Below are positions 1 through 39,285 of a stretch of DNA of 64,000 nt, one piece after another. Position 1 is the first letter of the stretch. Each line of letters opens with the position of its first letter. The notes beneath the pieces are model-generated. The model saw only the letters and a program-made list of their open reading frames with translations. It had not been told where the DNA came from and did no database searches. The DNA comes from Macrostomum lignano (taxonomy: Eukaryota). The position numbers and the translations under genes were made by a program. The stretch lies in contig NIVC01002617.1 of NCBI GenBank assembly GCA_002269645.1, positions 62,001 through 126,000 of the forward strand, given 5' to 3'.

Positions 1-1754
1 TTTAGGAAAAAAATTTACTTCGGTTCTTAGAAACATTCATAAATACCGCGGTCGCAATTTTTTTTGAAAAATTCATTGCAGAGGTGGAGCTGTTGTGTTT
101 TTGTCTGATGGAGACAAATTCAGTGTTTAAAATTTTGCTATAATATGCCAGCCTCGAATAGAACTATTGGTACGTACTATTGCTACTATTAGTATTCTTT
201 TCATGTCCATTTTTTAGTACAGCTAGATTCGTTGCATATGATACTTTTGTGATAGGGCATAGTTATTAGTGTCGCTTCAATACCTTTTTTGCCTGGATTT
301 AATTATTTACACTACTTTTTGCTACACTACATGTACACTACTGTTAGTAGTTCTAGTCCGGGAAAATGTCAGAAGTAGATTATTTAGAGGGCTTAACTTG
401 TCTGTATGACGGGCTGAAACATTTGTCATTGATAGTACGGGCCGTGGTTTTGTCTCGCATAGAGACGCCTAACCGCAGTCACTCCTGTGAAACTTGTCTC
501 TGCCTGGCTGAAAGCTTGTAATGAGTGAGTAGGCTGGGTTGGAGGGTAATAGTGGATCGGGAAGGGCTGTGGGTAGCTGTATAGGAAGGCAGGCCTATAC
601 CTGTACCAAGGTGCTCTGACGGTATCCCTCAGGCGCCCTCTGAGCGTACAGCCAGCGACCCTATTAAAGCTGGAGTGTGCCAGAACCAGGACTGAGTCTG
701 AGCAGGACGAGACCGTTGGCACGGTCACAATAGAAATGGCGGGTTGGCGAAGCAAAGGGTGAAACAGTCCCGGCGATTAGCCCTCTTGCCGCTTCAAAGA
801 TAAGAGACTGTCTGTTGGCAAGAGTACCCGGGTTTAGTTGGGGGGAGGCTCCTTCGGGTTGCCACGGCCGTGGGGGGCGGTCAAATGACCGGCATTGGCT
901 TATCTAACCCAGGAGTAGGCACGGGCTTCCCTGAATGGTTCACTCAACCCCCTCTGGCCCCGGGGAGGTTTTTGATATATACCCGGGGGTGGTGGGCGGT
1001 CGGCCCCAGCATGGTTGCCACGGCTCTAGGCCTTCGGGCCATCCCTAACAGGCTAAGGGGCCTTCTAACCTGGTTTTTGGGCACGGGCTCCTGACTGGTT
1101 CGTCGAACCGCTGTCACTGTCTCCCGGGGAGGTTTGGATTTTATGTTATTGCCCTCTATAGTCCTCTATAGTCTAATTGGCTTTTAGTGTACATGAGTAC
1201 ACTCCCAATCTGGAATCTAAATTATCTCTAGTGGCGTAAGAGCCTTTTTACTTAGGCTGAGGCGCCGGAAGTACTTATCATAGTCATAGTCATAGTCATT
1301 GATAGTACGATGGGATGAAGGTAGGTCCCAGCAAACCATGACCAGGAAGGAGCTTTGAAGCAACCAGGTTGAGCTGTATACACTCTGGTTGGTAACTCTT
1401 CAAGCTGAATCGCTTCACTGCATTGGTGACTGGTATAAAGGCACCGGTTGGGGATAGGGCCCAAGTCGCAGTGGCGACTAGGCTACAGGAACTAATACAT
1501 CCCCCATTAGCATAAAAGTCGTTTCCTATGGCTGGTGCACTTCTTACTTAAAGTAGTACTTCCAGAGAGAACACTTAAACTTGATTGAAATCTTGAGCCT
1601 GGTAGGTTTTGGGAACTTAGGAGCTCAGGAGTCTGACCTGTAGAACTAAGAAATCTACAGGTAGCAGCGAACTGCCAATTACCAGTAGCTAATTTTCCAG
1701 AAATTTATCAAGAAACGAAACGAAATGCGTAGCCAAAAAGGGTATAGGGGTCAT

Positions 1755-2215
1755 GACCTGCCTTCTCTCTCCTCTCCCTCTCCCCCTCCCTGTTTCCACT
1801 CTCCCACTCTCACCTTCCTCTTCCCACTCTCTCCCTCTCCCCTCCCTCTTCTCACTCTCCCCTCCCTCTTCCCAGTCTCTCCCCTCCCTCTTCCCAGTCT
1901 CTCCCCTCCCTCTTCCCACTCTCCCCTCCCTCTTCCCAGTCTCTCCCCTCCCTCTTCCCAGTCTCTCCCCTCCCTCTTCCCACTCTCCCCTCCCTCTTCC
2001 CAGTCTCTCCCCTCCCTCTTCCCAGTCTCTCGCCTCCCTCTTCCCACTCTCTCGCCTCCCTCTTCCCAGTCTCTCCCCTCCCTCTTCCCAGTCTCTCCCC
2101 TCCCTCTTCCCACTCTCTCCCTCACCCTCCTCCGACTCTCTCGCCTCACCCTCCTCCGACTCTCTCGCCTCTCCCCTTACCCTCCTCCGACTCTCTTGCC
2201 TCTCCCCTCCAACTT
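1755..2215. repeat. CT-rich degenerate minisatellite (~22-bp unit, CCCTCCCTCTTCCCAGTCTCTC-like)
   Basis: Tandem pyrimidine-rich units read directly. The overlapping ORFs are low-complexity artefacts. Confidence 0.9.
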
Positions 2216-3065
2216 CCCACAATCCCCCTTCTCTAAAAAAGCAAACAAAGTCGTTTCATTCGTCAACTTCGTTTAAAGTAGCGGTTGGCAAGCTTATGGC
2301 TGCGGGCCAGATGAGAGAGAGGAAAGGATCGAGAATAGAGGAGAGAAGAGATGAGAGAAGAGAGAGATGAGAAGAGACATAAAGCCTGATCGGACCTGAT
2401 TGTGAAGTTTCAAAAGACCCGAGAACCGGATAGAGAGGCTTAGCTGGCCGTATGTGGCCCGTAGGCCGGAGCTCGCCAACCGTCTTAAACAATAGAATAA
2501 TTTTTTTGAAAATTTCAGCTGTGTTGGTGTGTGGGCGTAAAACCAATTGAAAATAGCTAGCTAATCGTAAATTCAAGCGTGCGAGATGATTCGATTACTT
2601 TCGATAACGGCTATGAATTTTTCTGTAAAGCAGAGGAAAAATCAGGCGTCTGCTCTTATCGAACTATCAGAGCAATTATTGAAGCGTGAACCGGGCCTGA
2701 TAAGCTTTTGTTTAACAATCAACTTGAATTAAATTTTTATTATTCTCAGTCAGCCTCAACTGAAGCGACAGTCCAGTCAAGCGAAACTGGCTCAATTCAC
2801 GCGTCGCTGAATGTACATTTTAGGTGGGGCGAATGTACATACTGGCCGACGCTCGGCAGTGGAGCGAGGGCTAGGGGGTGAAGGGGGTAAATAAAACGAT
2901 TGGTAGAAATTATGAGACCAAAAAATCATTTTAACAAGCAGGCCTTTTAGCCAGTGTATATGCAAAATATTTTATAACAAGATCAGGCCGGCTTCAATAC
3001 ACAAGACACAAGAAGAACTGTATAGATTGTTGTCAGTTTCTCTAGAAGCAATCCAGCAGCATTGT

Positions 3066-5266
3066 ATGGATGGTTTGATGAGCCTGCTGCTAGGTGGCGG
3101 CGGCGCCGGCGCCAACAGCAGCGGCGATGCAGCCAGCGGCAGCGGCAGCGGCGGGGCAGCCACCGGCGAAGCCTCACCAATAGAGCAGCTGTGCCAGTTG
3201 AAGGCATGGTCAATACCGGGGCTTATCGAAAATGCCACCGCTATGGATCAATACGTCAAGGACTGCGTCAGGCAGAACGATCGAGTAGAGTTCAATAGCA
3301 GCACCAACTACACAGGCACTGACTTCGCCTACAACTATGACAGCGCCAAGGAGGCGGCGGTCATCGCAATTTATTGCTTCCTGTGCACCGGCTGCCTGCT
3401 GGGTGAGCGTCTGCCATTGTTCTGTCTGAACCCCCTGATCATACATAACAATGAATCCGTCAGCTAGCGCGACACTTTACCCCTCAATCCGTCAGCTAGC
3501 GCCTCACTTTATCCATTGATCCGTCAGCTAGCGCCTCACTTTATCCCTTGATCCGTCAGCTAGCGCCTCACTTTATCCCTCGATCCGTCAGCTAGCGCCA
3601 CCCCTTAACCCTTGATCCGTCAGCTAGCGCCTCACCTTATCCCTCGATCGTCAGCTAGCGCCACACCTTATCCATCAATCCGTCAGCTAGCGCCACACCT
3701 TATCCCTCGATCCGTCAGCTAGCGCCACACTTTATCCCTCTAGCTGAGCCATCTCTACCCCTCAATTTCCGCGACAGGCAACGTGACGGTGATTAGCGTG
3801 ATCCTGGCCAACAAGACCATGCGCCGGTCTATCACCAACATTCTGATTATCAACCTGGCCGTCGCGGACTTCGGCGTCGGCGTGTTCAGCGGCCTACAGG
3901 CTTACTTGGAGAGCAGCCTTCAGGCTAGCAGCAGCGCCTACAGCAATGCACCAGTGAGTGGTAACGAGAAATTGTTGGCGTGTACCAAACGAAATCAAGA
4001 GCTTTTGCCTGTGACTAAAACCGACAGTTCTGATCTGTTCTGACCTGAAAAATCTGGTAGTAATTTGCGATTGCGATCAAGATTCAAAATAAAGCACGGT
4101 ATATTCTAATCTAGTCTACGAGCGTACATGTAGTTCTAAGATCTGTGGCGGAAATTCAAGGATACCTGTTACTAAATACCAGCGTTCCTCTTGTCGATTT
4201 GACAAGAATACAAGTGACAGGTGTGTTTTGACGAACCTGCTGAAGGCTCATTCAGATTGCCAACAATTGAGCCATCAAAGCGCACAAAGTGATGTCGCTC
4301 TGTCACGTAAATCGCGCGAAACGCAACGCCGAAGCACCCCTTCTTCCCACCCCGCAGTTGATGTGCAAATTCCAGCAGGTTCTCCAGGTGACCATACTGG
4401 CTGGCAGCGTCTGCATCCTGCTAATCATCAGCATCGACAGGTACATGGCCATCCTGTACCCGCTAACCCAGAGGCAGAACCGCAAGAAGCGCTGGTACAT
4501 TGTAGTCAGCATCTGCTGCTGGCTATTCGCCCTGTTCTTCGCCCTGCCGAATTTGTACTTTTTCAACTACAGCAGCAGCTCGCGGATGTGCCAGGTGACC
4601 AGCCGGCTGAAGGATTTCTTCTTTATCTACTATTGCGTCAGCGTTGCTCTGCTCTACGCGATCCCGTTCGGCATCATGGCCTTCGCATACGGCCGGGTCA
4701 GCGCCCGACTGCTCAGCAGCATCAACCAGTTCGGCGTTGAGTTCTCTGGCGGCGGCGGCGGCGGCGGAGGCGGAGGAGGTCGAGGCCGCGGCCGCGGCGA
4801 TGAACCGACCACAACCATCGTGACTAGCGAGGCCACCTCCGAGGCTGCCGGTGGCGGCCAGAGCGGCGAGGAAGCCGCCGACGTTGCCGCAGCCAAGAAG
4901 CAGCTGGAGCTGCAACAGGCCAAGGAGGGCAAACTGCCGCAGCCCACCGAGACTACGAAGATCAATCCGAAGAAGTCGGCCGCCAAGGCGCATAGCAACC
5001 CAGCCGAGGCCAGGAAGCGAACCGTGCAGATGTTCATCACCATTGTTGCCGTGTTCTTCCTCTGCAAGCTGCCCAAGACAATCTACGTGATCATCCTGTT
5101 CACCAATCCAGCCGCTGTGGCGCTGAACCCGTCTCTGGATGTCCTGGTGGTGGCAATCTACCTGCTGTACCTGCTGCCCAGCGCCACCAATCCGGCCATC
5201 TATTTTGTGTTCTCCCGGCAGTACAGGGCTGGCCTGGTAAACCTGCTGACCTGTCAGCTCGACTGA
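3066..5266 (+). CDS. Class A (rhodopsin-like) GPCR, peptide-receptor-like; 3 coding exons: 3066-3402, 3778-3953, 4358-5266
   Basis: Phase-consistent GT-AG joins (LLG|N, NAP|LMCK). TM1 GN, TM2 NLAVAD, TM3 Cys plus DRY, TM4 W, TM5 YAIP..Y, TM7 NPAIY. N-terminal N-glycosylation sequons. Start Met (3066) is inferred. Confidence 0.9.
3455..3745. repeat. ~32-bp minisatellite (ATCCGTCAGCTAGCGCCTCACTTTATCCCTTG-like) filling GPCR intron 1
   Basis: About 9 tandem units read directly. Confidence 0.9.
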
Positions 5267-5457
5267 CCTGATGAAAACGGGGGTGAAGATGTGCAGTGAC
5301 AGAGATTGATACTGAGTGGGATGATGCGCTTCTACGCTCGTAAAAGACATTTTTTGGAGTGAGGCAAGATTCTGTAAAATGTAAGGTATTTTGCGGTTTA
5401 AAACATGAATTTTATTCGTTGTGGATCAATAAGTGATGGTATGCTTTTGGAGCAACT

Positions 5458-6020
5458 AAGGGGTAAGAAGTCTGTGTGACTGGGGTAAGAAGTCTGTGGG
5501 ACTGGGGTAAGAAGTCTGTGGGACTGGGGTAAGAAGTCTGTGGGACTGGGGTAAGACGTCTGTGGGACTGGGGTAAGACGTCTGTGGGACTGGGGTAAGA
5601 TAAGAAGTGGGACTGGGGTAAGAAGTCTGTGGGACTGGGGTAAGATAAGAAGTGGGACTGGGGTAAGAAGTCTGTGGGACTGGGGTAAGAAGTCTGTGGG
5701 ACTGGGGTAAGATAAGAAGTGGGACTGGGGTAAGATAAGAAGTGGGACTGGGGTAAGAAGTCTGTGGGACTGGGGTAAGAAGTCTGTGGGACTGGGGTAA
5801 GAAGTCTGTGGGACTGGGGTAAGATAAGAAGTGGGACTGGGGTAAGAAGTCTGTGGGACTGGGGTAAGAAGTCTGTGGGACTGGGGTAAGATAAGAAGTG
5901 GGACTGGGGTAAGAAGTCTGTGGGACTGGTGTAAGATAAGAAGTGGGACTGGGGTAAGAAGTCTGTGGGACTGGTGTAAGATAAGAAGTGGGACTGGGGT
6001 AAGAAGTCTGTGTGAATGGG
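5458..6020. repeat. 22/23-bp two-variant minisatellite (GGGACTGGGGTAAGAAGTCTGT / GGGACTGGGGTAAGATAAGAAGT) downstream of the GPCR
   Basis: Tandem units read directly. Confidence 0.95.
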
Positions 6021-6904
6021 GTGAGAAATTTGTTAGAGGTGATTCTGTGGACGATTACAAAAAGACTGAAAATACTGGACTTGATTAACTGAATAAAGTT
6101 GCGCTTGTTAGTTTTTTTGATTGACGTTGTTTGAAAGCTATAATTAAAGTCTACATATTATTCTGCACAAAAGTTATTTTATATTTTATCACCTATGCAG
6201 AAATATTTTCTTAATAATTTTCTGGAAAACACTGTATTATTACCAAGTAGACTATCGCAATGACCTTAGACTTTTATGTCGGTTTCGGGACCTCTATTTT
6301 CGGGACCTCTATTGTAATCTGATGGAGAAAGTAAAACAAGGTGAAATTTGTTGTTTCAAACGACATTTTTTGTTATCGACTTCCGCCTCACCTGGTGATT
6401 GTAGAGCTCGTATTTTAGTACATGAGCACATTAATTTTTGTTGTAAGTTTAATCAATTATCAACGCATAATACTGTGTGATTATAATTCTTTTACTTTTT
6501 TACACCCGAGGAAATTCCAAAAGCACTTGGGGACATGGCCTCGCTTGTTAATATTAATATTTTTTTAGATTTCTGAAATATATTGTATTGCACTTTGTAG
6601 GAAGTATTTTAACTTTCCAATACTAGTAGGGAGTGCAGTAAATCATTTTACTAATTATTGCATGCCGAAATTAATAATAAAGCGATCTTTAAAGCTATGA
6701 GAAACACGCCAGCAAAAATATTATAAATGTAAGTCTTTAATACATTAATATTTAGATAATTACTTACAACATTATCTTTTTATAAATAAAAATATTATAA
6801 CTAATTTGTAAATGAAAAAATGAGTAAATAGTAAACAACAATTACACGTTTTTTTAGATTAAATATTATATAATACCGTACCTGATTACATAATTTAAGT
6901 CGGC

Positions 6905-7025
6905 TCAATTGACAACGGGCCCGGTCTAAAAAGTCATCGTAAGATAAGATCGTTCTTAGCTCCTATCTCCACAGTGTAAAAGTTCCGACGTACGATCGGA
7001 CTTACGCTACGACAGCTTTATAGTA
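6905..7025. repeat. Copy 1 of a small interspersed element (copy 2 at ~10044-10197)
   Basis: About 80 bp (CATCGTAAGATAAGATCGTTCTTAGCTCCTATCTCC...TACGCTACGAC) nearly identical at the two sites. Partial inverted ends AATTGAC..CGGGC / GCCCGTCAATT. Confidence 0.65.
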
Positions 7026-7934
7026 CGACCCCAACTTACTTACCTTAACAAACCGAGAAACTTTGGGAGCGTCGTGATGAAGTATTTTTTAACAAATGCA
7101 ATTCATTTACGAGCCGTCAACCGCTAAGATCCCATGTCTAGGGACATTTTGTACAGTATGCTCACTGACTGAAAGTGCAGCGCAAAGTATTATTAAAAAT
7201 ATTCAATACCCAGCTTCTGATGAGACGAGCTTAAGGCTGCTGCTCAAAATCGAGACTGGAATTCAATTCTTCAAAAAAACAAACTGGCTGGTCTTATAGA
7301 ACCTCTGATGACAGAAGCTCCCAGCGAAAATTGAACGTCGGTTCCAACACTTCGAAGCAGTGTCCAAACTGAGCAAGTGGGATGACAATTCGTTCAGAAC
7401 TTTGCCCTCATTGCACACCTCGGCAAGAAGGCCCTCGAACTGCTGGCGAATGCACTCTTACCGGAGAAGCGGGAAAGCAAGAGCTACACTGCTCTGAGAA
7501 CCGTACGAAACGAACCTAGGAGACGAATGCGGCAAAATTCTTTATTACGCGTTCCATCACCTTAAGCAGGACGACGGCGAAGACATTTCTGCCTATGCAA
7601 GAAGGCTCCGGCTAGGGGCGGAGAACTGCGGTTTCACAAGTGCAAAACTTAGTGACCGCCTACGGTACGAATTTACCCTCCGCGGCCAGTGCTGGGCAAG
7701 TTAATCAATTTTTTTAACTCGTTAAAAGTTAAAAAGTTAATTTAATTGCTCCAAAAAAATTAGCTGTAACTAGTTAATTATTTAACTTTTGCCCAAAATT
7801 TAACTTCTGAAAAGTTAAAAGTTAAAGTTAATAATTCCCTAACGGAAAAAGTGACATTTTCCCGGACATGTGTTCGGCGTGTTTTTTAAATTTCAGGTCG
7901 GCGCGGCGCGGCTGTGGCCAGGTCGCGGCGCCCT

Positions 7935-8909
7935 GGGGAGCTTGTCGGGGAATACTCCCCTGGGAATTAGACCGGGGACCCCGGGGAGAAAAAAAGCATT
8001 TTTAACTACATTTTTGCCATTTAAATAAGAAAATCATTCACAGAAAGCTGATTGAAACTCTGTCTATGCTTTTTTACCGCAAAACTGCTTATTTCAATGT
8101 ATTACTTCAAACACAACACACGTTTGAATGGGGGGGGTTCATAAGACCGAAATTTCACAACGCCGAAACACCATACTTCACAAGACCGAAACTTCATAAG
8201 ACCGAAATTTCACATCGTAGAAAACTTTACAATAAGGATTGTATTGCATGCAGAATTTTCGGCGTTGTGAAATTTCGGTCTTATGAAATTAGCGACCCGT
8301 TTGAATGTTTTTTTCACTATGAGTCTTTCAATCAAGCAAATTGAACGTACGAGCGTAGAAACCCATCAGGAAAAAGAAGCCTTACTGACTATTGTGTTGG
8401 TCTGCGTTGACGGCTTGACACATTTGACGCAGGCACAGCGCCATATCCTGCGTCAGTCACTGACGCATAGGGGGGTGTCATACAATAACAAAATACTCCG
8501 TATTAGACAGGACAAAATGGTGATTTACATGTATCTGCAAGAAATTAAAATTCCGATTACAAAAACAGTCTCATTCATTAATTATCCTCCCACGAGTGCA
8601 GCTGCTGAGTATGCATTTTCCGCCTCCGGAGTCTAGACCCTTTCTGATAAAGGTGCGCGCACGATTTGGTGATGCCATATTGTCAAATACAGTTTTAAAC
8701 AAACATTGCTTAAAGTTTTTACCCTTGCGCCTTGAACATGTAGTCCATCCAAAGCTTTAATCAAAGTTTAAAAAATGCCACTTAGTGACTTATAAAGATC
8801 TAAGTTATCCGCCGTTTTTTACTTATTTTTTTCCCCGGGGTCCCCGGGGAATGACAGTAAATTCCCCGGGTCCCCGATAAGAAAATTCCCCGGGGAATCG
8901 ACATCCCTA
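7935..8909 (+). mobile_element. Second hAT-derived element nested in the first, with a transposase C-terminal dimerisation-domain remnant
   Basis: Right end ...GAATCGACATCCCTA (TAGGG-type terminus). CCCCGGGG subterminal repeats at both sides. Peptide PPTSAAAEYAFSASG (~8585-8630) matches the hAT PxTSxxxERxFS motif. Left boundary approximate. Confidence 0.65.
8131..8297. mobile_element. MULE-type MITE
   Basis: 31-bp perfect inverted repeat (8138-8168 / 8257-8287) and a 10-bp direct flanking duplication CGTTTGAATG (8121-8130, 8298-8307). Confidence 0.85.
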
Positions 8910-11900
8910 TGTACAACGATAACTTATAGTAGTGCTTTGGTAGAATATCAATAGATAATAGTTGAAGATTCCAGAATCTTCCGGAATATTCTATATATTA
9001 TAACTTGTAACTGAAATATATACATGTAATAGTAGTTTGTGACGCGTTAAATAATGCTTAGAAAGGCGAAGTTATTTTATGTATGTATTAATTTTACTTT
9101 TTAATGGCATACAAGCTGTTGAAACCCGCGGATTTTGAACCCGGGGAACTCCATTTCCCGGAATTATTAACTTTTGTCATTTAACTTTAACTTCAGAAAA
9201 AAATTAACGATTTGTGTTGACTAGTTAATACATAAAAAATTTAACGAAAATTTAACGATTTTTAAAAAAATTTAACTAGTTAATTAACTAGTTAAACAAT
9301 TAACTAGTTAACGCCCAGCACTGCCTCCGCCTGTTGAACAAGGAAATCATCAAAAAATCTCTCACGGGGAAACTGCAGGGAATGACATGGGACAAAGTGG
9401 AGGATCGTTGTGGAAGCAGCAGGATAAATATACATGTATATAGTAGTCAATGGGACAAAATCAAGATGATACTGGATTCCGCGGGTCGTCATCAACGCTC
9501 GTGTTAAGCTCGGTGTTTCAGAGCCTATCCAACCCAGCAGAGGTGAGGTCCACAACCATACAATTCGCTGCGTACCAAGGGGACCCAGTGCTAGTAAATG
9601 GCAACTGTGAACGCCAAGCTGAACTGTGTGAGTTTTGACCTAATGCTCCGTGCAGTGGACAACCCGGATACAAAATCGATCTAGACTGGATTGCTGTCCT
9701 TAAGCCAGATCTCTACACTTATTACAAAATTCACGCTGCCAGAAGACGGTTCTAACTCGGCAGAAAAGTGCACAGTAAGAAAATTTGCTGCATCAATTGA
9801 AGCAAAGCCCATCTTTTTTTTTAACTTCGGCAAATTCCATACGGGACTCAGGACGATGTCAAAGCCGAGTTAAAGAGAACGCAAGAGGCTGAACAGCTCC
9901 AGAAGATGGAATCCAGCGAGTGGGCTACACCTATCGTCTGTGTTTAGAAGCAGTCTGGGAAAAGTCCGGATTTTTGGTGACTAAAAGGTTACCCTCAACC
10001 CACTGCTGAAAGACATGGGATGGGGCCCCGTTCTATGAAGCCATCGTAAGATAAGATCGTTCTTAGCTCCTATCTCCGCAGTGAAAAAGTTCCGACGTAC
10101 GATCGAACTTACGCTACGACACCCCACCCCATGGTGTCTACAACGCCTACGACAAATGACGGAGTGCTATCGAAACTAGGTCGTGCCCGTCAATTTTCTA
10201 AATTAGAGGGCTGACGTGAAGCAACCTTCAGAGCTGCGTCGATCGGTTTCTGCTTCGCCTTCAATACCGGATTTCAGACACTCAACAACACAACAGGAAA
10301 ATCGCCCTTTGGGCTGATGAGAGGATATCTGATCCTCGCCCCAAAATTCCTCCTCTTCCCAGAATTAGAAATGATATGACTAAATGGAAGTCTGGTGAAG
10401 TGGTGGCAACAGAAGGAAATGTCGTGGTCGATGTTGAACTGTAGGACCGAAGGCGCAGACGCTACGATCGTGAACAAACAAAATCGAAAATTTCCGGTTT
10501 TTATGACCTGATGGAGGCGGAGACGGTAGAACATACTTAACAATGATCCGGTCTTCGCAGGAGTCAACGCCATGGACGAGTACCAGGGCGACTGAATTAT
10601 CACAAGCTGGATTGCCGACCTAAATGTTAACTAACGGGAAGGAGTGTTAGCGTTGTGATGAACTTTTATTTATTTAGCGAATGCACTTTATTTACAAACC
10701 GGCAACGGCTGAGATCCAATGTATATAGACATTTTGTACAGTATGTTCACTAACTGAAAAAGCGGAAATATATCATTTAAGAAAACAATGATTCTCTTCC
10801 TTTCCAAGAGGACAAAACCGATGGCTCTCGCACCGAAATCCCGGTTTCGATTCCGCTTTGATCGTAGCTTGCAGCGCACAAAAATTTGCTAGAGGCTTGT
10901 CAGAAGATTTGAAAGTCAAGGTCAACTGCTGCAATTGGTCTGGTGTTCATATAAACCACAAAGCTGATTGCTTTAGCACAAATTAGAGAACACAATTTTT
11001 CACTTCGTATTTTATTAATGTGCAACAGAAAATGACAGAAATATATTCTTTTGCATTATGCTACTCGTAATTATATTAAAATAAAAAACTGGTTGCTTTT
11101 TTATTTTTCATTTTAATAGGACAATTATAGCGAAGTAGATATTTGAATATGTTAATAAGTAATAGAGACACTGTGCGGTCGTAATCACAGTAATTAGATA
11201 TAGTTGATGAAGCAGCTAGTACATCCATATATTATAATAATTTGTACTGTTCAATAGTACAGAGAGGGAGGGAGACAATGCGACCAGAGGGATTGCCGCA
11301 ATCAGCATCTGAATAAATCCAATACAAATAGTGGGACAATGAAGAAGTTATTCTGCCAATTGGCGAGTCCACCCCTCGCAATGAACACTGTCAGTTAATG
11401 TACTTAATTATAAATTCTGCATTTCTACCAGTAGTACGCATATATATAAGGTCTGTACACAGAATATGAAGATATAGAGCAGAAAAAAATAGATAAATCG
11501 TTACCAGTACCAGAGACCGGCGCAATTTCATTCATCTTCATATTTATTTTCATAACTAAAATTGTAAGAAAGAAGCTTTAGATACTACTTATTACTAAAC
11601 CCAAACAAAGTAGGAGCGAAGAAATCTTATTATCCTCAAGATAACAATATAAGATAATCGTAATCGTCCAAAGGATATTCATAGCTGATGAACAAACAAC
11701 AAATCAATTTTGAAAAACTGTTTAGGAAAAAAAACTTTTGTTTTTGCAGAATAAAGCTACAAATATTTTAACAGAGAAATTATATGAAAATAGTAGCAAT
11801 ATATTGGGATAAATATTGGAATACGGGAAATTAAAGAGCAGTTCAACAGAAAAATGGATTCATTGAATTTTCTCTTTTTTTCTATTTCTTGTACAATCCG

Positions 11901-12055
11901 AACTAATTAGTCAGTTTTATTGTAACTCTCGAGTAGTCAAGGTTTCAACTATTGACAAACTAAAAAACAAATAAACAGAAAGCGCGCCGCCAACCTTCTC
12001 TTCTCTCAGTCTCCAAATCTGTTTGGTCTCAACCAAGAAGTGCTGCTGCTTCTGC

Positions 12056-37767
<25,712 letters not shown>

Positions 37768-37990
37768 CGATAATAAACATAATTGAATTTCCTAATCACA
37801 TTGAGTTTTTAGATAACAAATCATTTTTAAACTGGACGTAAAAAACAAGAAAATGGAAGTTCTAAAAATAGCATCTGGCCCATAGAGGTCGACAGCTGAG
37901 ATGATATTTGGTATTTCATAATACACCCAACTACAATAATCTGCACATAGCTACGTTAACAAAACGATAAAATACAAAGAATTTGCTTAA

Positions 37991-38329
<339 letters not shown>

Positions 38330-38339
38330 TCTGACTGAG

Positions 38340-38842
38340 ATTAGAACAGAGCGGCTTTTGATGAGAACAGAGCGGCTTTTGATGAGAACAGAGCGGCTTT
38401 TGATGAGAACATAGCGGGTTTTTATGAGAACACAGCGGGTTTTGATGAGAACAGAGCGGCTTTTGATGAGAACAGAGCGGCTTTTGATGAGACCAGAGCG
38501 GCTTTTGATGAGAACAGAGCGGGTTTTGATGAGAACATAGCGGGTTTTGATGAGAACAGAGCGGGTTTTGATGAGAACAGAGCGGGTTTTGATGAGAACA
38601 GAGCGGGTTTTGATGAGAACATAGCGGGTTTTTATGAGAACAGAGCGACTTTTGATGAGAACAGAGCGGGTTTTGATGAGAACAGAGCGGGTTTTGATGA
38701 GACCAGGGCGGGTTTTGATGAGAACAGAGCGGGTTTTGATGAGAACAGAGCGGGTTTTGATGAGAACAGAGCGGGTTTTGATGAGAACAGAGCGGGTTTT
38801 GATGAGAACACAGCGGGTTTTGATGAGAACAGAGCGGCTTTT
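38340..38842. repeat. 21-bp minisatellite (GATGAGAACAGAGCGGGTTTT)
   Basis: About 24 units starting just after the small ORF's stop codon. Confidence 0.95.
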
Positions 38843-39069
38843 GTGTCGTTTTAAGTCTTTGTTCTCCGATTTGAAGAACGTATTAACTAATAAAATAAAC
38901 AATTTCAATAATTAAGGCGCGGATTTAAAAGTATAATTCTGATCAAACTTCCGATTCTTTTGAACATTTAAATCCGTTCTTTTAGCTTCACTGGCCAGTC
39001 ACCGATCTGCTATTCTCGTCTGGAAATTTAAACAAACTGTGTCCAGCCCTGAATCTTTGATGTCCCCTA

Positions 39070-39285
39070 ACTCAGTCACTGCATCCAGCCCAGATCTTCA
39101 GTCACTGCATCCAGCCCAGATCTTCAGTCACTGCATCCAGCCCAGATCTTCAGTCACTGCATCCAGCCCAGATCTTCAGTCACTGCATCCAGCCCAGATC
39201 TTCAGTCACTGCATCCAGCCCAGATCTTCAGTCACTGCATCCAGCCCAGATCTTCAGTCACTGCATCCAGTCCAGATCTTCAGTG
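39070..39285. repeat. 26-bp minisatellite (CAGTCACTGCATCCAGCCCAGATCTT)
   Basis: About 8 near-perfect units. Confidence 0.95.

Larger units (their letters stand above)
7687..9323. mobile_element. Non-autonomous hAT-like DNA transposon inserted in the gypsy gag
   Basis: Perfect 11-bp TIR CAGTGCTGGGC / GCCCAGCACTG and many subterminal TTAAC/GTTAA motifs. The gag reading resumes on the far side. TSD is imperfect: CCTCCGC at 7677-7683 and 9324-9330. Confidence 0.8.
7064..10790 (+). mobile_element. Decayed, internally deleted Ty3/gypsy LTR retrotransposon (K02A2.6-like) carrying nested insertions
   Basis: Diverged direct repeats at ~7064-7210 and 10645-10790; the second starts TG right after the purine tract GGGAAGGAG. 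gag remnant KQDDGEDISAYARRLRLGAENCGF (~7565-7640). RT remnant SSEWATPIVCV*KQSGKVRIFGD*KVTLNP (~9915-10005). Integrase C-terminal remnant NTTGKSPFGLMRG (~10285-10325). Stops and frameshifts throughout. Confidence 0.85.

Noticed and set aside
360-1700. Moderately GC-rich block with short ORFs, possibly a retroelement remnant
   Set aside because: I found no recognisable protein motif, terminal repeat or TSD, so it cannot be classified from the sequence alone.
7210-7250. CTGATGAG as a hammerhead ribozyme core
   Set aside because: No GAAA after a closing stem II and no stems I/III found. The position fits a decayed gypsy primer-binding region better.
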